Of a stretch of 64,000 nt of DNA, positions 10,827 through 25,200 are shown one piece after another (positions within the stretch are counted from its first letter, which is position 1; each line of letters opens with the position of its first letter). Origin of the DNA: Setoptus koraiensis (Eukaryota; Animalia; Arthropoda); NCBI GenBank assembly GCA_048013815.1, contig CM106586.1:21204001-21268000 (forward strand), given 5' to 3'. Both the position numbers and the translations under genes were made by a program. Below the pieces are notes generated by a model, which was not told the origin of the DNA, ran no database searches, and saw only the letters and a program-made list of their open reading frames with translations.

Positions 10827-12375
10827 GCTGAGCGGAAACGGTGTGAGCCCGAATGGGTCCGGGGGGACCTCAGTCAGTATGTAGGTTGAAACATTTAAAT
10901 ATCGCGCAAAAAGAGTTGGCATTTCAGATATTGACGATTCAGTGCTACCCACTTTGGGACCTGTTATACTGTTGTTACTATAAATATTAAAACGATGCCG
11001 ATTAGTGCCAGCTTACGAGCTTGCCACAAAGGTATTGTGGGCATGTATGCTGGTGGTGACATATGGAAAAAGGTGGCAGCACAATGGTCGCTATAAGCCC
11101 CCGTTTGCCATTGAGCGCGAAACTATCATTTGTCTAGACACTACAATAATGTGTCTGTGTGCTATATTTATTATTTGGCGCTGTTGTATAAAACAAGAAA
11201 CGAATGCGAATTGCAGCAAACAATAAGTTTTGCACCAAGGTCAGCCTGCTACTGCTACTAACAAGTGTCCAGCGCCAAGAAATACAAACAAACAGCAGTC
11301 ACACAAAGCGTGTAGATAACTCATCCATCATTTGAAACAAACAGAGAAGCCAAGATGCGCGAGAAGAGCGCCAAGAAATAGCAAGGTGATCCATTTTGGA
11401 GCTAGGGTAGGTCCGAGTTTAGAGTTGCGTTTGCACCAATGTAGCCGCTGTGTGTAAATTGCCAGAAAGCGCCAAGCAACTGTTTGTGGGCCAACTGGTC
11501 GGCGTTGTAGTTGGCAACTATAACCAAGCAGACCGTTGAAGAGAGTGTCGGCGATGACAGAGGCCCCTACATGTACCGTTGTATGTGTATTGGCGTCATA
11601 ACTCTTTCTTTCCATCACACTCAGAGAGAGAGAGAGAGAGAGCGCGAGAAAACGAAGCGAATCGAAACAAAACGCAACGAAACAAAACAAACGCTCGCTG
11701 CTACAACAAGCTCGCACAAGAGGTCATTGCAAACTGTCTAGCCAAAAAAGAATCGATTAGACACTCCATTAGCTGGATCTCGCCATGACAGCCACCTACT
11801 ACAACTGCCACTGTGTCTTGTAAGCTGCCATACACTTTACACAAACTATATTGTATACAGTGTGTGTGCCCAGACAAAACAATGGCAACAATGTTACAAT
11901 TTACTTGAGCCCACCAATGACAACAACTGCTAGAATTCATTATTCACGACGACAGTTAAATGCGGCCCGAAATAGTTAAACGGTTATCAACACACACACC
12001 CACACCTACGACAGCACAATGACAACGTTGAACTAAATTAAATTCTCAAAACAATTTCTCTCGTGTTATGTATGTTATGTAAAGAGCCGAGTGAAAAATC
12101 AATTTCATTTGCTGGTGCCAGATTTGACACAAAACAATAGGTCAACATTTACACAGCACAAACATTGAGTCTCGCCAGACACTCAATGTTAGTGGCGGCG
12201 GCTAACCAGGCCTAATATTGTAACTTAATATTATACGTATATCATTTCAAAGTGAATTGTTGCGTCTTCTTGCCGCTGAGCGGCCTGACAGAGCTCAATT
12301 GGGCACTGTCAGGCCCAATTGTGGGCGACGAAACCCCGTCGAACGATTAACGCGCAACTTACGGCAGATACTTAC

Positions 12376-12475
12376 AAATCACTTGGAAATGACATTCGAT
12401 AGCGTTGTCGTCGAGATCTGAATTTGTAGTGGCGATGACTGCAATGGTTGTAGCATAAAGTTGCACGAGATCCAT
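12376..12475 (-). other. Putative first coding exon of an unidentified minus-strand gene (MDLVQLYATTIAVIATTNSDLDDNAIECHFQVI, phase 1)
   Basis: CACCAAAATG start context, A-rich leader, 33 open codons, then a consensus GTAAGT donor. No homology recognised. Confidence 0.3.
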
Positions 12476-15400
12476 TTTGGTGCAGCGAGCCAGCTCAACT
12501 TTCGGTGCAGTTTTCATTTTTTTCTTTTATTTTTGTTTGTTTATTTTCATTCGGTTATTTTCGAGCGCAAATTCGGCTCGTTTGCGTCGGCCTGCCAATA
12601 CCAGCAGCTGCCTTTCGTTGTGTGTCGAGTCTGTCCAATCAACGGGCTCGTCAAATCCAGTTTTACATAATAGCTCGCTTATGTCATGTGTCACGAAGAG
12701 GAAAATTCACGAGATCGATCAGAAGAGAGCACACCAGACAGAATTAGATTGCGCTGCATATCTGCTCTGATCCGTCTAATCGCGCGATACAATCTTGCTT
12801 GATCCGTCGGCTCGCGAGCGACCAAGGTAAACCCTCCCCCACCCCACCCCCTTCGACGGGATGCTCAAACACGAAAAAGATCATCCTGTCCGAACCGAGA
12901 TTAATTTCCGAGAAACTGACGGCTGGCATATTCCGTCTCCGTTTTTAGAATTATTGCGATTTTCAGAAATATTTTCACTAATAGATCCGCACTGATTGTG
13001 CAGTCTGTCGTTGAACATGCGCGCATTTGTGGCAATATTTTGTCATATACTTCAACTTTCATTTTGATGCTCTTGCCAACACTGAAACTAAGAGGCTAAT
13101 GCGCATTAGGAATTGCCGAAAATTTCATTGACAGGCCAAAAGTCTATCCAAACCGTCAATTTCACGAAAATCACATCACACTATCTGATCTTTCCTTTCT
13201 AACATGCATCGATGCAAAGAAGGTCGTACTTTGTCAGTTAGCTCGCCTGATGAATTGCCAAAAATAATTGATCACTCCAACGGCGGACAAGTGTTTGGAT
13301 TGGAAATCGATTAAGGTGTGTTTGCACGTTAACAGTCAATCAGTCATTGATTGGGTGACCCTAGATGAGCTGGGCACCTCTATTACGGTATTTTATTGAT
13401 TTCGAACTCATTCGAAATCACTTCAATTCGGTCCAACTCCATTCAATTCAATTTAAACACGGAGCACAAACGGACCAAAATTCAATTCTTACGATGCAAT
13501 TTAGAATCGACAAATCTGATCCTATTCAATGCAGCAGTGGATAATTCATAGCTACCTGAATTTGAATGGAAATCTCGAAATTTCGATTTACCCGCGAACA
13601 CATTTCTGTCTAGCACTAGATTATAGCAATAGATGGGAGGGGGGCGAGTTACCGGAAAGGAAACTAGCTGCTAGAGAGACGAAAGTTAGTTGACGCGATT
13701 TTCAACACGCTGAGAGCGTCGTCATAGCAAAGCTCGTAAACTCGCCCTCAAAAAATAAGACGACAGACCGGCTGTAATTGAATATGCCCTCTCAAGCATA
13801 AGTATGTTCCGATGATAAACCGATCAATATAAAGATTTCGATGAGGGTGTCTAAAGAGTGCCATTATTCCATTCTACATGGACACAACATGAATAGATTC
13901 GCATGCTTGACAAGTTATCATTCTTAAACTAATCATCTGATGTGTATGGCACGCATTTATTGACCTGCAAATCATTAGCAAGTCTGCGACAAATGTATGT
14001 TGGTGAGAAGTTAATCTGTTTCTTTTTCTTTTGTGAATGTCAATATCGCACGTTTCGTGAACTTATTAACAGCCGGTTACATTTTAGTTGCGGCAATCTT
14101 GATATAAACTCTTTTATTTCCAGTGTAATTGAGTTAAATTTTATATTTGAACAGGACCAGTTTATAGGAATACTCTGGGTCGATTTAGTTCAATCTCTGG
14201 TTGAAACTGACAGAACCATACGGGAATAGGATTAAATTTTGCTGTGGGCACCTATAATAAGTTCCATTGACAGAGCGATTAGTTCAGGCGAAACTTTTCA
14301 GACTTGACTATTTTGACACTATTTCCATTATGAATTGTGAGGAACGTTGTGCATTTTTCGTTGTTGCCAATACTGGCCTGGCTCATCGGCAAAGTTTTTC
14401 TTTCCAAAAACCGATCAGATAAAACATGAGATAATATGTTCCGTCCGATTCGTTTGAAATATTGTAGCAAATAACTGTACTGGTAGCATATGGTTCGGAG
14501 CAATGTGCTGGAAAACGCTCGAAACACTACCACTGCTAGATTTAATATCAGATCGAGCCAGAAAAATAACTCTCCTCTAAATAGTGAGAAATCTATTGAA
14601 GATCGTGGCGTCTCTGCACAGAACTGCCAAGTCCAATGTGTTCCACATAACTGAAAGACCACTAATCCAAATGAGATTAGCTATAGCTAGAGCGGGGATT
14701 GAAATTATTTGAATCATTCTGTGCGGTTAGAGATCGGGCCAACCCTTTCCTGATAGCCGGCAAGAAGCTCAAGAAGCTATAGCTGCAACTATGGGGGAGG
14801 AGGGAGCACATTCAAATTAATACTATACCAAACACCCCTCCAAATATCGCATATCTGTCTCTGGCTTGTTCTAGCGCTGTTAGCGCCCATTTCTTGTCTC
14901 TATATTATCTTGCCCGAGGCGAAAAATCTAAATTTCTCTCCACATTTAGCCGGATATATAGCATAAAGATAGTTGTGCCAGTAGAATGCACACGTTAAAC
15001 AACAGGTAATGCGCTCATGTGGCACATTATCCAATCTGCGAACATTTGTTTCGCACGAATAATGTGGGAATAACATTTCTTGCAAGTGAACTTTGTTTTG
15101 TGCGAATGGTTCGAGCCACAAGCAATGGTGTATAAATGTGCCTTCGAAGTGACTCCGAAGAGTCATTTGATCTTTTGAAATCATTTTCGGCTAACATTGT
15201 AGGTATAGTTCAATATTTCGAAGAGTCTCATGTTGGAGTGATTTTTTTATTCCATTCGATTTGATGGCCGAACTCACAAGCTGTTTTAATCTCTTCGCCT
15301 TGCTCATTTGTACTGCCCGGGAAAGGTATGCTAGGCAACGGAAGGCCATCCCTAGGTACCTTACGCGCATACTATAATTCTCAGCATTCCAGAGATTCTT

Positions 15401-18400
15401 TCTCCAATATTTTTGCACAACCAATCCCATCTATATCTCATCTGTGCTAGCGAGAAAACGATCAGATACAGCTGCGACAGCATAGAACTCGATCGATCAG
15501 GATTTTCGTATAACTCGTTATTCCGATAAGTAGTGTGCCGAGTGTATACGTGTAGCATGAAAACTTTCAGTATACACCATTAATGATCGGTGATCAGACG
15601 CTTATATACGCTTCGAGCCCCTCTTTCTCTCTATGCTACCATTACCGCGACCTATCCGGTACGACATGGTATTCCAATCAAAGTTCTTGGTGAGCTCCCG
15701 GATATAGGAAGCACTAATTGCATTTTTCATTGGCGCTATAAGAATAGTAAGATCAATCTAAGCTCGCTATGGTTTAGGTGAGGTAAAGCGAATCAAATGC
15801 TCGCAACTTCATTGACTTCAAATGTCAGATTAGATTGTGAAACCATTAGTGGAAGTCTGATGAAATTTCCAGAGGCTGCTAAAAGTGGAGTTGCCCGGGC
15901 AGGCACCTACGCTTTTTCAGAATGCGACATTTCGGAGTGTAATTTCAGGGACGTTTAGTTTTACAATATACGCTTTGCTGGATCCGGCGCGTAATTACGT
16001 GAGCCCTCTTGAAAATAAAGTGTGTGTTGTTCCGCTCAACAGAATACATACTTTAAGCATCTAAGGTTGCCTGGTAATATCTGGTGACTATAATCATCAC
16101 AAGTTTAGGCACGTACAAGCCGGCTGGAGACAGAAGCGAAAGAAGTGCAGCAGAAGAGAAACGTTTAAGTCGCTTGTCTTTTATTGAAACAATAAAAGTC
16201 GATTCTAGTTCAGCCAGCTTTTTTTTACACTGTATGTATGACGACAAAAAGTGTGAATTCCGCGCCAGCCGCATGAGACAAAGGACCCCGAAAAAAACTC
16301 GCTGCCACAATTTAAATATAAGAGCGAAATCTTGCTTGCACTCTGATATAGTTATAATGGATATAAGTCAGCAACTGGATCGACTTTAATGACAAAAAAT
16401 TGTTGCTCAGCAGAAATAAATGATGAAAAGATTGCCAACCAGTCAACAGAAGAGACCTCCATGTCTGTCATCATTGTTGGACGTCTATTTGGAAATTGAG
16501 TGCTGCATTTGTTCCTCTGGCTCTCTTTTTTGTTTGGTTTGCTTTGAAATGTAGACAGAAATGTAGCAAAGAGGATCTTTTATTGATTTTCAGTGCAAAT
16601 TGAAATAAAAAGTTCGTGCGTGCAGTAAAATCTGAAAAAGTGCTTTCGGATTTTCGGGGCTAACCCCAAACTGTATGCAATGCACAAAATGCACCTTTGG
16701 TTTAATAAAATGAGTGGCACGAGCTGATTCCAATAGAACGAATTTTAGTTTTTTGTTTCCTCGGTAACCCGTTGGCATCAGCGCCTCGAAGTAGCTGCGT
16801 CCCTGTAGAAATTTCATCATTGTAATCAAGTTTATTTGGAGAAGGCTAAATCCTTCATGCGCCGAAATCACATAACTTTTGTGCGCATTCTGCTAGCATC
16901 TGCTCTAAGATAGCCTGGCGGTGTCTGGCGGATTGAACATAACTTAAACACTCTCACATATATTGGGCTGAACTATGATTTCATTTCGAGAGTCGACCGC
17001 GATACCATCTGGTTACTTTGCAGCGCGAAGAAAATCAAATTCAATCCTGGCAAACTAATGAAGATGCCAACTAGCGCGAACAAAATTAAAGCAGCCAATG
17101 TCTCATCCAGATTTCAGTTTCACGGGTAGGTAGGTGCGAAAGGTAGAGCAGCGATTGGAGCCCAAGAGATTGCTCCGTCAGCTGCCATCGCGATCACTTT
17201 GAACGACACTCCATATGATTGCTTTTTTTCTTGTTCATTTGAGTCAAGTGTCAATATTTATATACTGAATTGCGGTACCTGCCAGATCACCGAACGTTGC
17301 AGTGAATTTTGAATTGCGCAATCAAGGGGAACGCCAATCATATCCGCTTAATTTGGATGTGACCGGTCTTATGTGGCCGAATTCTAACCGCCAGCTTGCA
17401 CTCGCATAATTAAATAATATAGGTGGAAATGATAGATTGGTTCTTCGCATCGAGAAATTCTCAGGTAAGAATGGCGCCCACCAAACCCGCGTTGGAAAAA
17501 AAATATTCTCGTTCCCAGACAATTCAGGTATAAGACTATCTAGTGCAAATTATGGCTCTAGAGTCGGAGTAGATAAGAAAATTGAATTAGTTTGCATCGT
17601 GAATCACGAACCTCAAACTGGCAATCTTTTGTTAGTGTATCCACTATCGGGAATCTTTTTCAGCTTGAGTAGGTTCGTCATCTTTGGTCTCGATGATCGT
17701 TACTGTTGATATTAGAATGAGGCTGAAATTAGCTAATGATCCAATTCACTGAATGAGGATGAATTCTCTGGGATCGATTGGCAAATTCATAATCTTATGC
17801 TGAGGGAATTTTCGGGGTAATCTCAATAATGTTAGTCCATTGGATCGTCATGCTCAGTCTTCACTAGAATTGAGATTGATTGAAAGGATTTTCATATCAA
17901 GTAGAAATTGTTACGTTTAGGAATCGTCACCGATCCATCATGCAACACATCAGACCAAATGGAGACATAATCGCATTACCGCTGTCATATGCAAATGCTT
18001 TTACTCAGGATTCTGTATTTGCGGGCTTGCAGTTGCTGAATGTATGAAATTGGACATACAGAAAGAGAAATATGTTTGTCGTGAAACTCGATGGGCTCGC
18101 TAAATGTAAATTGAAAGCGCCTGAAAGTATGTGAGAGCCATAATGTCGCTAGCAGACGCGCAATAAATTACATAATCGAAAGAAAAGAGAGAAAAGCAAA
18201 GGGAGAAGACTGAATATAGATTACAGATATATTACGCCTACATCAGTATCGAATGGCCAACAAAGATTTCGGCTGGATGCATAAATAACGATTGCATAAT
18301 TGAAACAATGGATAAACGAATACATTAGGGAAAAAATGAATAATTGATTATTCGCCACACCCTCAGTATGGTGATTAAGGTCCATTGATTTTGGGTATGC

Positions 18401-21083
18401 TCCGCTGGTTCACCCGAGTTTCGACAGCAATGAGTTGATTAATTTCAAAATTGTTCCCTTTTCTCCTATCATGTTATTACTCTGTTGATCGCAGAACATA
18501 CGCTGTATTTTACAGATTCTAAATCGCTCGAAGAATTCGAGCTGAATGTATTAACGAGGTTTTCTAGTTCATATTGTTTGTTTGTTTTGCTGTGCCGCCG
18601 AAAAAACAGAAATAGACCTGTCACAATTTTCTTGTTGGCTCATTTGTCATCTAATCTAGAAATGTAGTTTTAATTTTGTGACACAGTGTCACATTGGTGC
18701 ACATTAAGAAAAATTCATAGTGCATCTATCGTGCATAGAATGACAGGTCATACGATAATCTCAAAAGTAGGAAAAACACTGTGCTTAGTGCTGTGATAAG
18801 ATTAGATAATTAATGAAAATCGTAGTTGAACTACAAGTATGTTACAACTATGAGTAATGATCTTGTGGTTTAGATACTTCAAAATAGCAGGGACTATAAC
18901 CGGAAGGGAATCTGACAGAGAACTGCAAACAAATTGATTTACGACAGAGTAAAATTTTTGAGGTCGGCTCAAAAAAACAGCCTTTCACTCATTAAGGAGC
19001 ATACATGCACTGAATATATTTCCTCGTTCATTATCTCGTCGGCTATTGTTATAATTTTGTTTTTTTTTTGTTCGGACACTCTTGCTGGACAATTAATGGA
19101 CAAAAGGCCACAATATCATTAACGAAGGTCGTTTTCGGAACAATAGATTCAAATTTCGGCCTTGGATTGATATATAAGCAAGGCAAATATGATTTGCTGC
19201 ACCTTTTATGTAGTTTTCAATGGCAAAGCCACTTTTGCTTTGGCCCCTTTCGAATCTTCCATGTATGGACTATAATTTCTTGGTGTAGTCCGCCATCTTA
19301 CAAGCCAATAGAATAGATAAAGATGTTTCGGATTTTATTTATTGTTTTGTATTATTAATTATGAAATTCGCGACACACTCCCCTCTTTTTGTTTGGATAT
19401 CCACAATGATGATGGCGCTTGATTCGGAGACCTTGTGATGATGTCTGGCCGGTTGGCTAGCCGACTGGCATGTTCAATAATTGATTGCAAATGGACATTA
19501 GCAGTTGAAGTATCACGCGAGGATGTCTCGCTCTGAGGAATCATGTTAGTTTGATAGTTTTCGAGGAGGACTAGGAGTTATTGGTGCGAGCGGTGGCATA
19601 GACAGCGACCGCAAAGACGGTGCAATCGGAAAGACATTGAAAGGTCCTTGCCAGAGAGAAAGAGACAAGGGTGAGCCATTGCGCCGACGATGGAATTCAA
19701 TTTCAATTGGACGGAATAATTGACCCCAGTTGGTTAGCCAACATCCGACGTATATGTGCAAGATTCGTGGCCGCCTTCTCGTGTGTGTGTGCGTGCTAGC
19801 GAAACGAAGGCAAAGAGAGTATTCTTTGTTCTTTTCTCATGGGGTGATCGTTGGAAACTAGAGACTCGCCTGGAAGAGAGAAAAAGAAACTGTGCCTACC
19901 GCAAGCCTTGGCCAGTCTAGACAGATTTAGATGTCATTGTAGCAAAAAATATAGCCATTCAACCATAAGTTTGCCCATGTCTGGTGTGCTCGTGTTTATT
20001 CATTTGTCCCGCCACTAAGCTCGCTTGCCAAACTGGTCAGACAGGTCGCTCGATGGATATCGACATCGACGGCACACAAATTTGGAGGCTCGCTATGTGC
20101 ATGTGGCTATTTCTTTTTTGTGTTGTTGTTGCCACAACAATTTTCTCTGTTAGTGCCATGCCATCGATACAAACACACACAGGCACGCACGCCTAGTTTC
20201 GCCCGAGGGGTTCCCCCATTCCGGAGTCTCTATGTGTCTGGCTGTGGGTAGGTGTAGATGGGCGCACTGAAACAGCAGATCGTTTTTCCGATGTGTGAAT
20301 CGCGAAACGCATGCGTCGGTTGTAGTTGCGCAAGTTCGAGCAGGCGCTCGAAAGTAACTGTTAGCCGGTTAGATGGGCTCTTGATTGATAACTAGAGCAA
20401 CTTTATACAAACTCACAAACACTTGTACCGTACTCACGAACGGGTCGTCATATCAGTGCGACAGAGAAATTATCTCGCAGGCCGCCAACTGCACACAACA
20501 ACACCAACAACAATGTGTCGTCGTCGTCAATGACATTTTAGAAATTCAAATTCATTAGAAGAAGCCCAAGCTCGTTGACTCGAGGTCGAAAATCATTGAT
20601 AGTGTGTGCAACAGCATCAAGAGCATTTGAAATGACGAAGGCAACCAGCACCAGCGGCGATAACAGTCATCACATCTCCAACTACCCAAACCATATATAA
20701 ATATAATATGAATACATGCAAATGAATGTGTGAAAATGATGACGCAATCGTGTTGACAGTGCGTGCTTGAAATCAATGGTTCACACAATAGATGATGCAA
20801 ACAATATCAAACGCAAATATCTGCGCATTCATTCGCAAGTCAACGGTGTCAATGTCAGAGATCAAATCAGAGTAAACACTTGTCTCGCTCTCTCTCTCTT
20901 CCTCTGACACCAACACGTACACTCCAAGAAATGGCCACGATGCAACCCGTGTAAGAGGAAATGAGAGATTACGTAATATCGTCGGCAAATGAGAGCCACT
21001 TGAAACTAATGAAATTCTACCCTACACAACACACGGGAACAAACACACGCACACACATATTGGTTAGCCGAGTGTCTCGCCCC

Positions 21084-21089
21084 ATGATG
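21084..21089 (+). CDS. Putative start micro-exon (ATG ATG) of the sNPFR-like GPCR
   Basis: ATGATG followed directly by GTAAGT; phase 0, in frame with the exon at 22720. Confidence 0.3.
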
Positions 21090-22719
21090 GTAAGTTTCCA
21101 CAATGAACGATGTGATAAAATGATTTTCAAGTAGTGACCTTCAGGCGACAAGTGGCAATTGAAATAAACAGAGCAAAAAAACAACCTGCTGAAATCACGT
21201 GGCTGCAGCCACAGTCGGCACATGTGTACTTATCCCAAAGGCGCTGCAAATCCATGTTTGCTGTGGATAGTATTGATTTACTTCCGGTTTTTGAGATCAA
21301 CTCAGCAGCTATCTGCATCTTGCACCTCATAGAATAGCTAATCAGAATTGGAAATCGCAACTATAGTTCGATTTTTAAAGTGATGCCAGTGCCTCTGTAG
21401 TATTTGCCATAAATTCGGTGCAAAACACTTAGGAAATCAGTTTGTCACAACTCATGAATGGTGTTCTGGCAGGAGCGTTTCGAATGGAAGCCACATGGCT
21501 TTTATTCAAAAAATCAAAGCCAATTTTATTCTTTTATCGGATGAACAAAAGAGGAAAAAATTGCTTCTTTTCATGTGTTCAGATCGGAACAGAGTCCACG
21601 CTCGGCCTTTTTTTCCTTTTCTTTCTGCCGTTCATTCCCAAATGGTTTGGACCGCAAGTGGAAAAGATGGGGAAAAGTGGCAAAAAAAAACGAGTTTTTG
21701 TCAGCACACCGCTCTTGAACTATTTATGAAGCTTAGGGATTCACGAGTTGATGGCTGTTATTTACGATGTTTTTCCTAGAGTGAAATGAATATTCACAGT
21801 GATACTTTATCACTTCCTATAGCGTCTCTACTGTGGACAAGATGAACTGGCAGTAGCTTTAGCGAAATCTAAAATAACTGAGCAAGTGAAAAAAAAAACT
21901 CTCACGATCATTTCGGATAATCGTTCATTGGGGAATTATGTTGCTTTCCACATGGTGAGTCTGAGATGTTGTCACCTCCATATTGAGAGAGAGAGAGAGA
22001 AAGATGAAACTTTGTATCTGAAAGAAAGTGGTGCAATCAAAGCCAGTGTAAAAATCGGGAAAATAGTCGCACTTAACATTCAACTCACTATTCGACTCCA
22101 AGTTTTGCTCAGCATTTGTTCTTTTCGGTCGTCATAGCAAGAATTTCGCGTTTGGTTATGATGTGAGATGTGTCCATAGAGGCGCAAGAACTGTTTCATT
22201 TTTGCTTTATGTACCAGAGGGTTGTGCACTTCCTGGAATAAAGTCATCAGCTACATCTTGTAGACGATCAGGTATTAATTCGTAATACCAACTGGCAGTG
22301 TCTTGTGGGATTTATTGGGCCCATACTGAATGTCAGAATGTGTTGAATCGGGCCAAGCTGCACATGATGTGCTGATGAGATTAGCCGAGTAAGAACTGGC
22401 GTCGTTTTGCCAAAAGCCATAGGACACGAATGAATTGAATGGTTATCGCTTATACGCAACCCGAACTTCGAGTAGCCGAATCTTGCGCTTGCTCAATATC
22501 TACTACAGCTTCTCTTTCTGATCATAACAACGAAGGGGTCTCGCTGGCTCTGCTTAGCTAGCAATAATCACTTGCAGCCTTCGATTCGAACACTAGAGAT
22601 CTTTTGTGCCACTATGTTTAACGAATAAGCTGCACGCGTTAGTTCCGAGACAGGACAAACAAACCAACAAATGTACTAATATTATTATAATAATATTAAC
22701 ATCACACACACACACACAG

Positions 22720-22839
22720 GAAAAGAATCAAATGGAGATGCAATCAATGGATGAGCGACGAAAGAAACACTATAATCTATTGGTGAGCTGGACCAGCAGA
22801 CAGGTCATTGGCGAGACCGATCAGTATTGCGTCATGCCG
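22720..22839 (+). CDS. Putative upstream coding exon of the sNPFR-like GPCR (EKNQMEMQSMDERRKKHYNLLVSWTSRQVIGETDQYCVMP)
   Basis: CAG acceptor at 22717-19, 40 open codons, GTAAGT donor at 22840. Phase 0, matching the acceptor at 27923. In-frame ATG at 22732. Confidence 0.45.
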
Positions 22840-25200
22840 GTAAGTAGCAGTAATGGTAGTAGTTGAGTACACACAAACATAACTTGAATACACGCACCAC
22901 TACATAATCATAAGAGAGATGCAGCATCACTACTGGCGCCGTCTTCCGTTGACCACGGGCAAGTGCAATGTTTTTATCGAGTATTATGATAATGATAATG
23001 ATGATAATGTTGTAGATAGTAATAATGACGATGTTGCAGTAGTGGCAAAAATGGCCATGCTTACGAGATCAAGAGAGCCTTTCGAAGAAATTAATTATTA
23101 ATAGCAATCTGTCTCGTGGCATAATGGGACGCGCACACATAACGACGGCGCCCCATGTTTTTATCGTCAGTTAATTATGTTAATAGAAAAAAGCCATAGA
23201 GAGAGAGAGAGAGAGAGAGAGAACGGGCTCGGAAATATAAATCGCAACGAGCACAGCGAGACGCTATAAATAGTTTTCATTTACTGTCATCTTGATTTAG
23301 CCAAGTAAGAAGTAGACAGATAGCGGCAGATAGAGAGATAGAGAAACCAATTTAGTATAAAGTGCCCAAGCTAATCAGGCGCACACACACACACACACAC
23401 TGTTGAGATGGGAATATATATGTACGTACAATTTCCGATGTGTTTATATATGTGCACACTTATCCGCTGAGCATGTCAATAAAGCGACGAGAGGTCGATT
23501 TCGGCGACTCACCGCCGGGCGACAACTCGATCGAATAAACCCAATGGGAACCACTTATAAATAGTGAGAGCTTATCGTGCATGCTCGCATGCGTTCGATC
23601 AACGACTACGACGATTTCTTTGGCTTCACCAGAAGCCAATTATTTTAGTTTTTACGAATTTTTCTGAAGAAAAAGCCAGAAATAAGAGGCACTAAGGAGA
23701 TGGCTAATAGCGATGCACCTAGTAGAGCGCGGCACAATAACAACTATTATGCATTACATTGAATAAGTCGGCTCATTTGACGCTTACGTGGGCCAGCCAA
23801 TTGAGGCCGACAACTGAGAAGAAGCCGGCCCAGATTTGCTTTTCCATTTGGTACCCAAATCCACCACCGCTGATTTGTGACAACCGCACACGTTCGATCT
23901 GATGCAATTTAGTCGGTTTATTTTCCATTGAAACAGTGTGGTATTCGTAGCCTAAATGGTGATCTTCTTATCTAGCGTGTGTTGCGTGTTGATTTTACAA
24001 CTTTTTTGCTTTTTGTTTTCGACAACTAAGATTGAATTTCTTATGCAAAATCGACTGTCAAAATCAAGCAAATGTGCTTCTTGTTTGCACAAGCGTGCCT
24101 TCGATGGTCGCCCACGTGAACATGTGGGCACCTGTGTGTCGCTGATATTTCCACAATCAGAGAAGGTTCGCTCCAAAAAAGGGGAGACAGTTCGCAAGAT
24201 AGAGAGCGAAACAAAATGAAACAAACAATATACAAATGTGCAAAGGGTATTAGTTAATGCAAAAGAAGCCACTATCTGATTTGTTGCAATGAATCCCGAA
24301 CGCAAACAAACAGTGCAAAGTTAGTAGTTTGTGCTTCACGAAGCATAATAACAGCGACAATGTCCGCTATTTGTATGTATTATCCGTCTCTCCGACAGAG
24401 GCGCCACTCAGGCAAGACAACACCTAGCGACGGCAACATGGACAGCATTATGTAATGATACGAAAAGAAGACGACGCGTGTATGTGTATGTGTGTGTGTG
24501 TGTGTGTGTGTGTTGTCAATGTTGTTGCCTCTGGCAATTAAATTGTTGCCAAAATCCGCTGAAATAGCCCTTTCTTGGGTGCTCTGCGGGTCCCTGCATG
24601 ATTCATTTTGTATCTAGTTGATACAGTGTGTATGTGAGAGAGAAAAAAAACATGCAAAGCTCCTCTGTGATTCGCGTTGCAGTTTTTGTTATCAGCATTT
24701 CGGGCTGACATTTCAACGGCATAGCAGTTTCGTGCCAGAAAAGTCAGTCAGTGCTCGTGATAAGTGCTTCCTGGAACGGCAATAACCATGTGATTAATCA
24801 CTTGGGCTCCCTACCATCAGTTATATACATATCAACACTGGACAATTGCTGGCGCGCAAAACTTCAACTCAACTTTAGCCAATTGCGTGAATTGCGTGTG
24901 TTTGCTTGAAATAGGTGCATTAAGATAATTTCCACAACATAAACTGTCGCCAACGCGACAATAACATACCTATTTCCGGTGCAATTTAATTGTCTTCCTA
25001 GAAATCGTTGAAGATCATCATCGAGCACATCTGGTCCCTGGACAGACATTGTGGGTTCATTCAGGTGTCAAAGTAGCTTAAAATAGATTTCGTTTCGTCT
25101 GACTGCCGAGGTAATCTGCTTGGGCACCGTTTGGGTTTACCGTTGCTGCAAAGGAACAGTCGGTCAGATTAAAATTAAGCTCAATGCTTTCATTGTTATA

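Noticed and set aside
15590-16389. DEG/ENaC-like fragments (RHGIP; CMYDDKKC..CHNLN..IMDISQQ)
   Set aside because: Loose resemblance only. The pieces are in different frames and there is no TM1, PAVTxC or TM2 GGxLGL. An HMM scan would be needed to revive it.
23264-23280. CTATAAATAGTTTTCAT identical to the copy-3 TATA region
   Set aside because: An AT-rich 17-mer built on a TATA consensus, with no flanking homology; compatible with chance.
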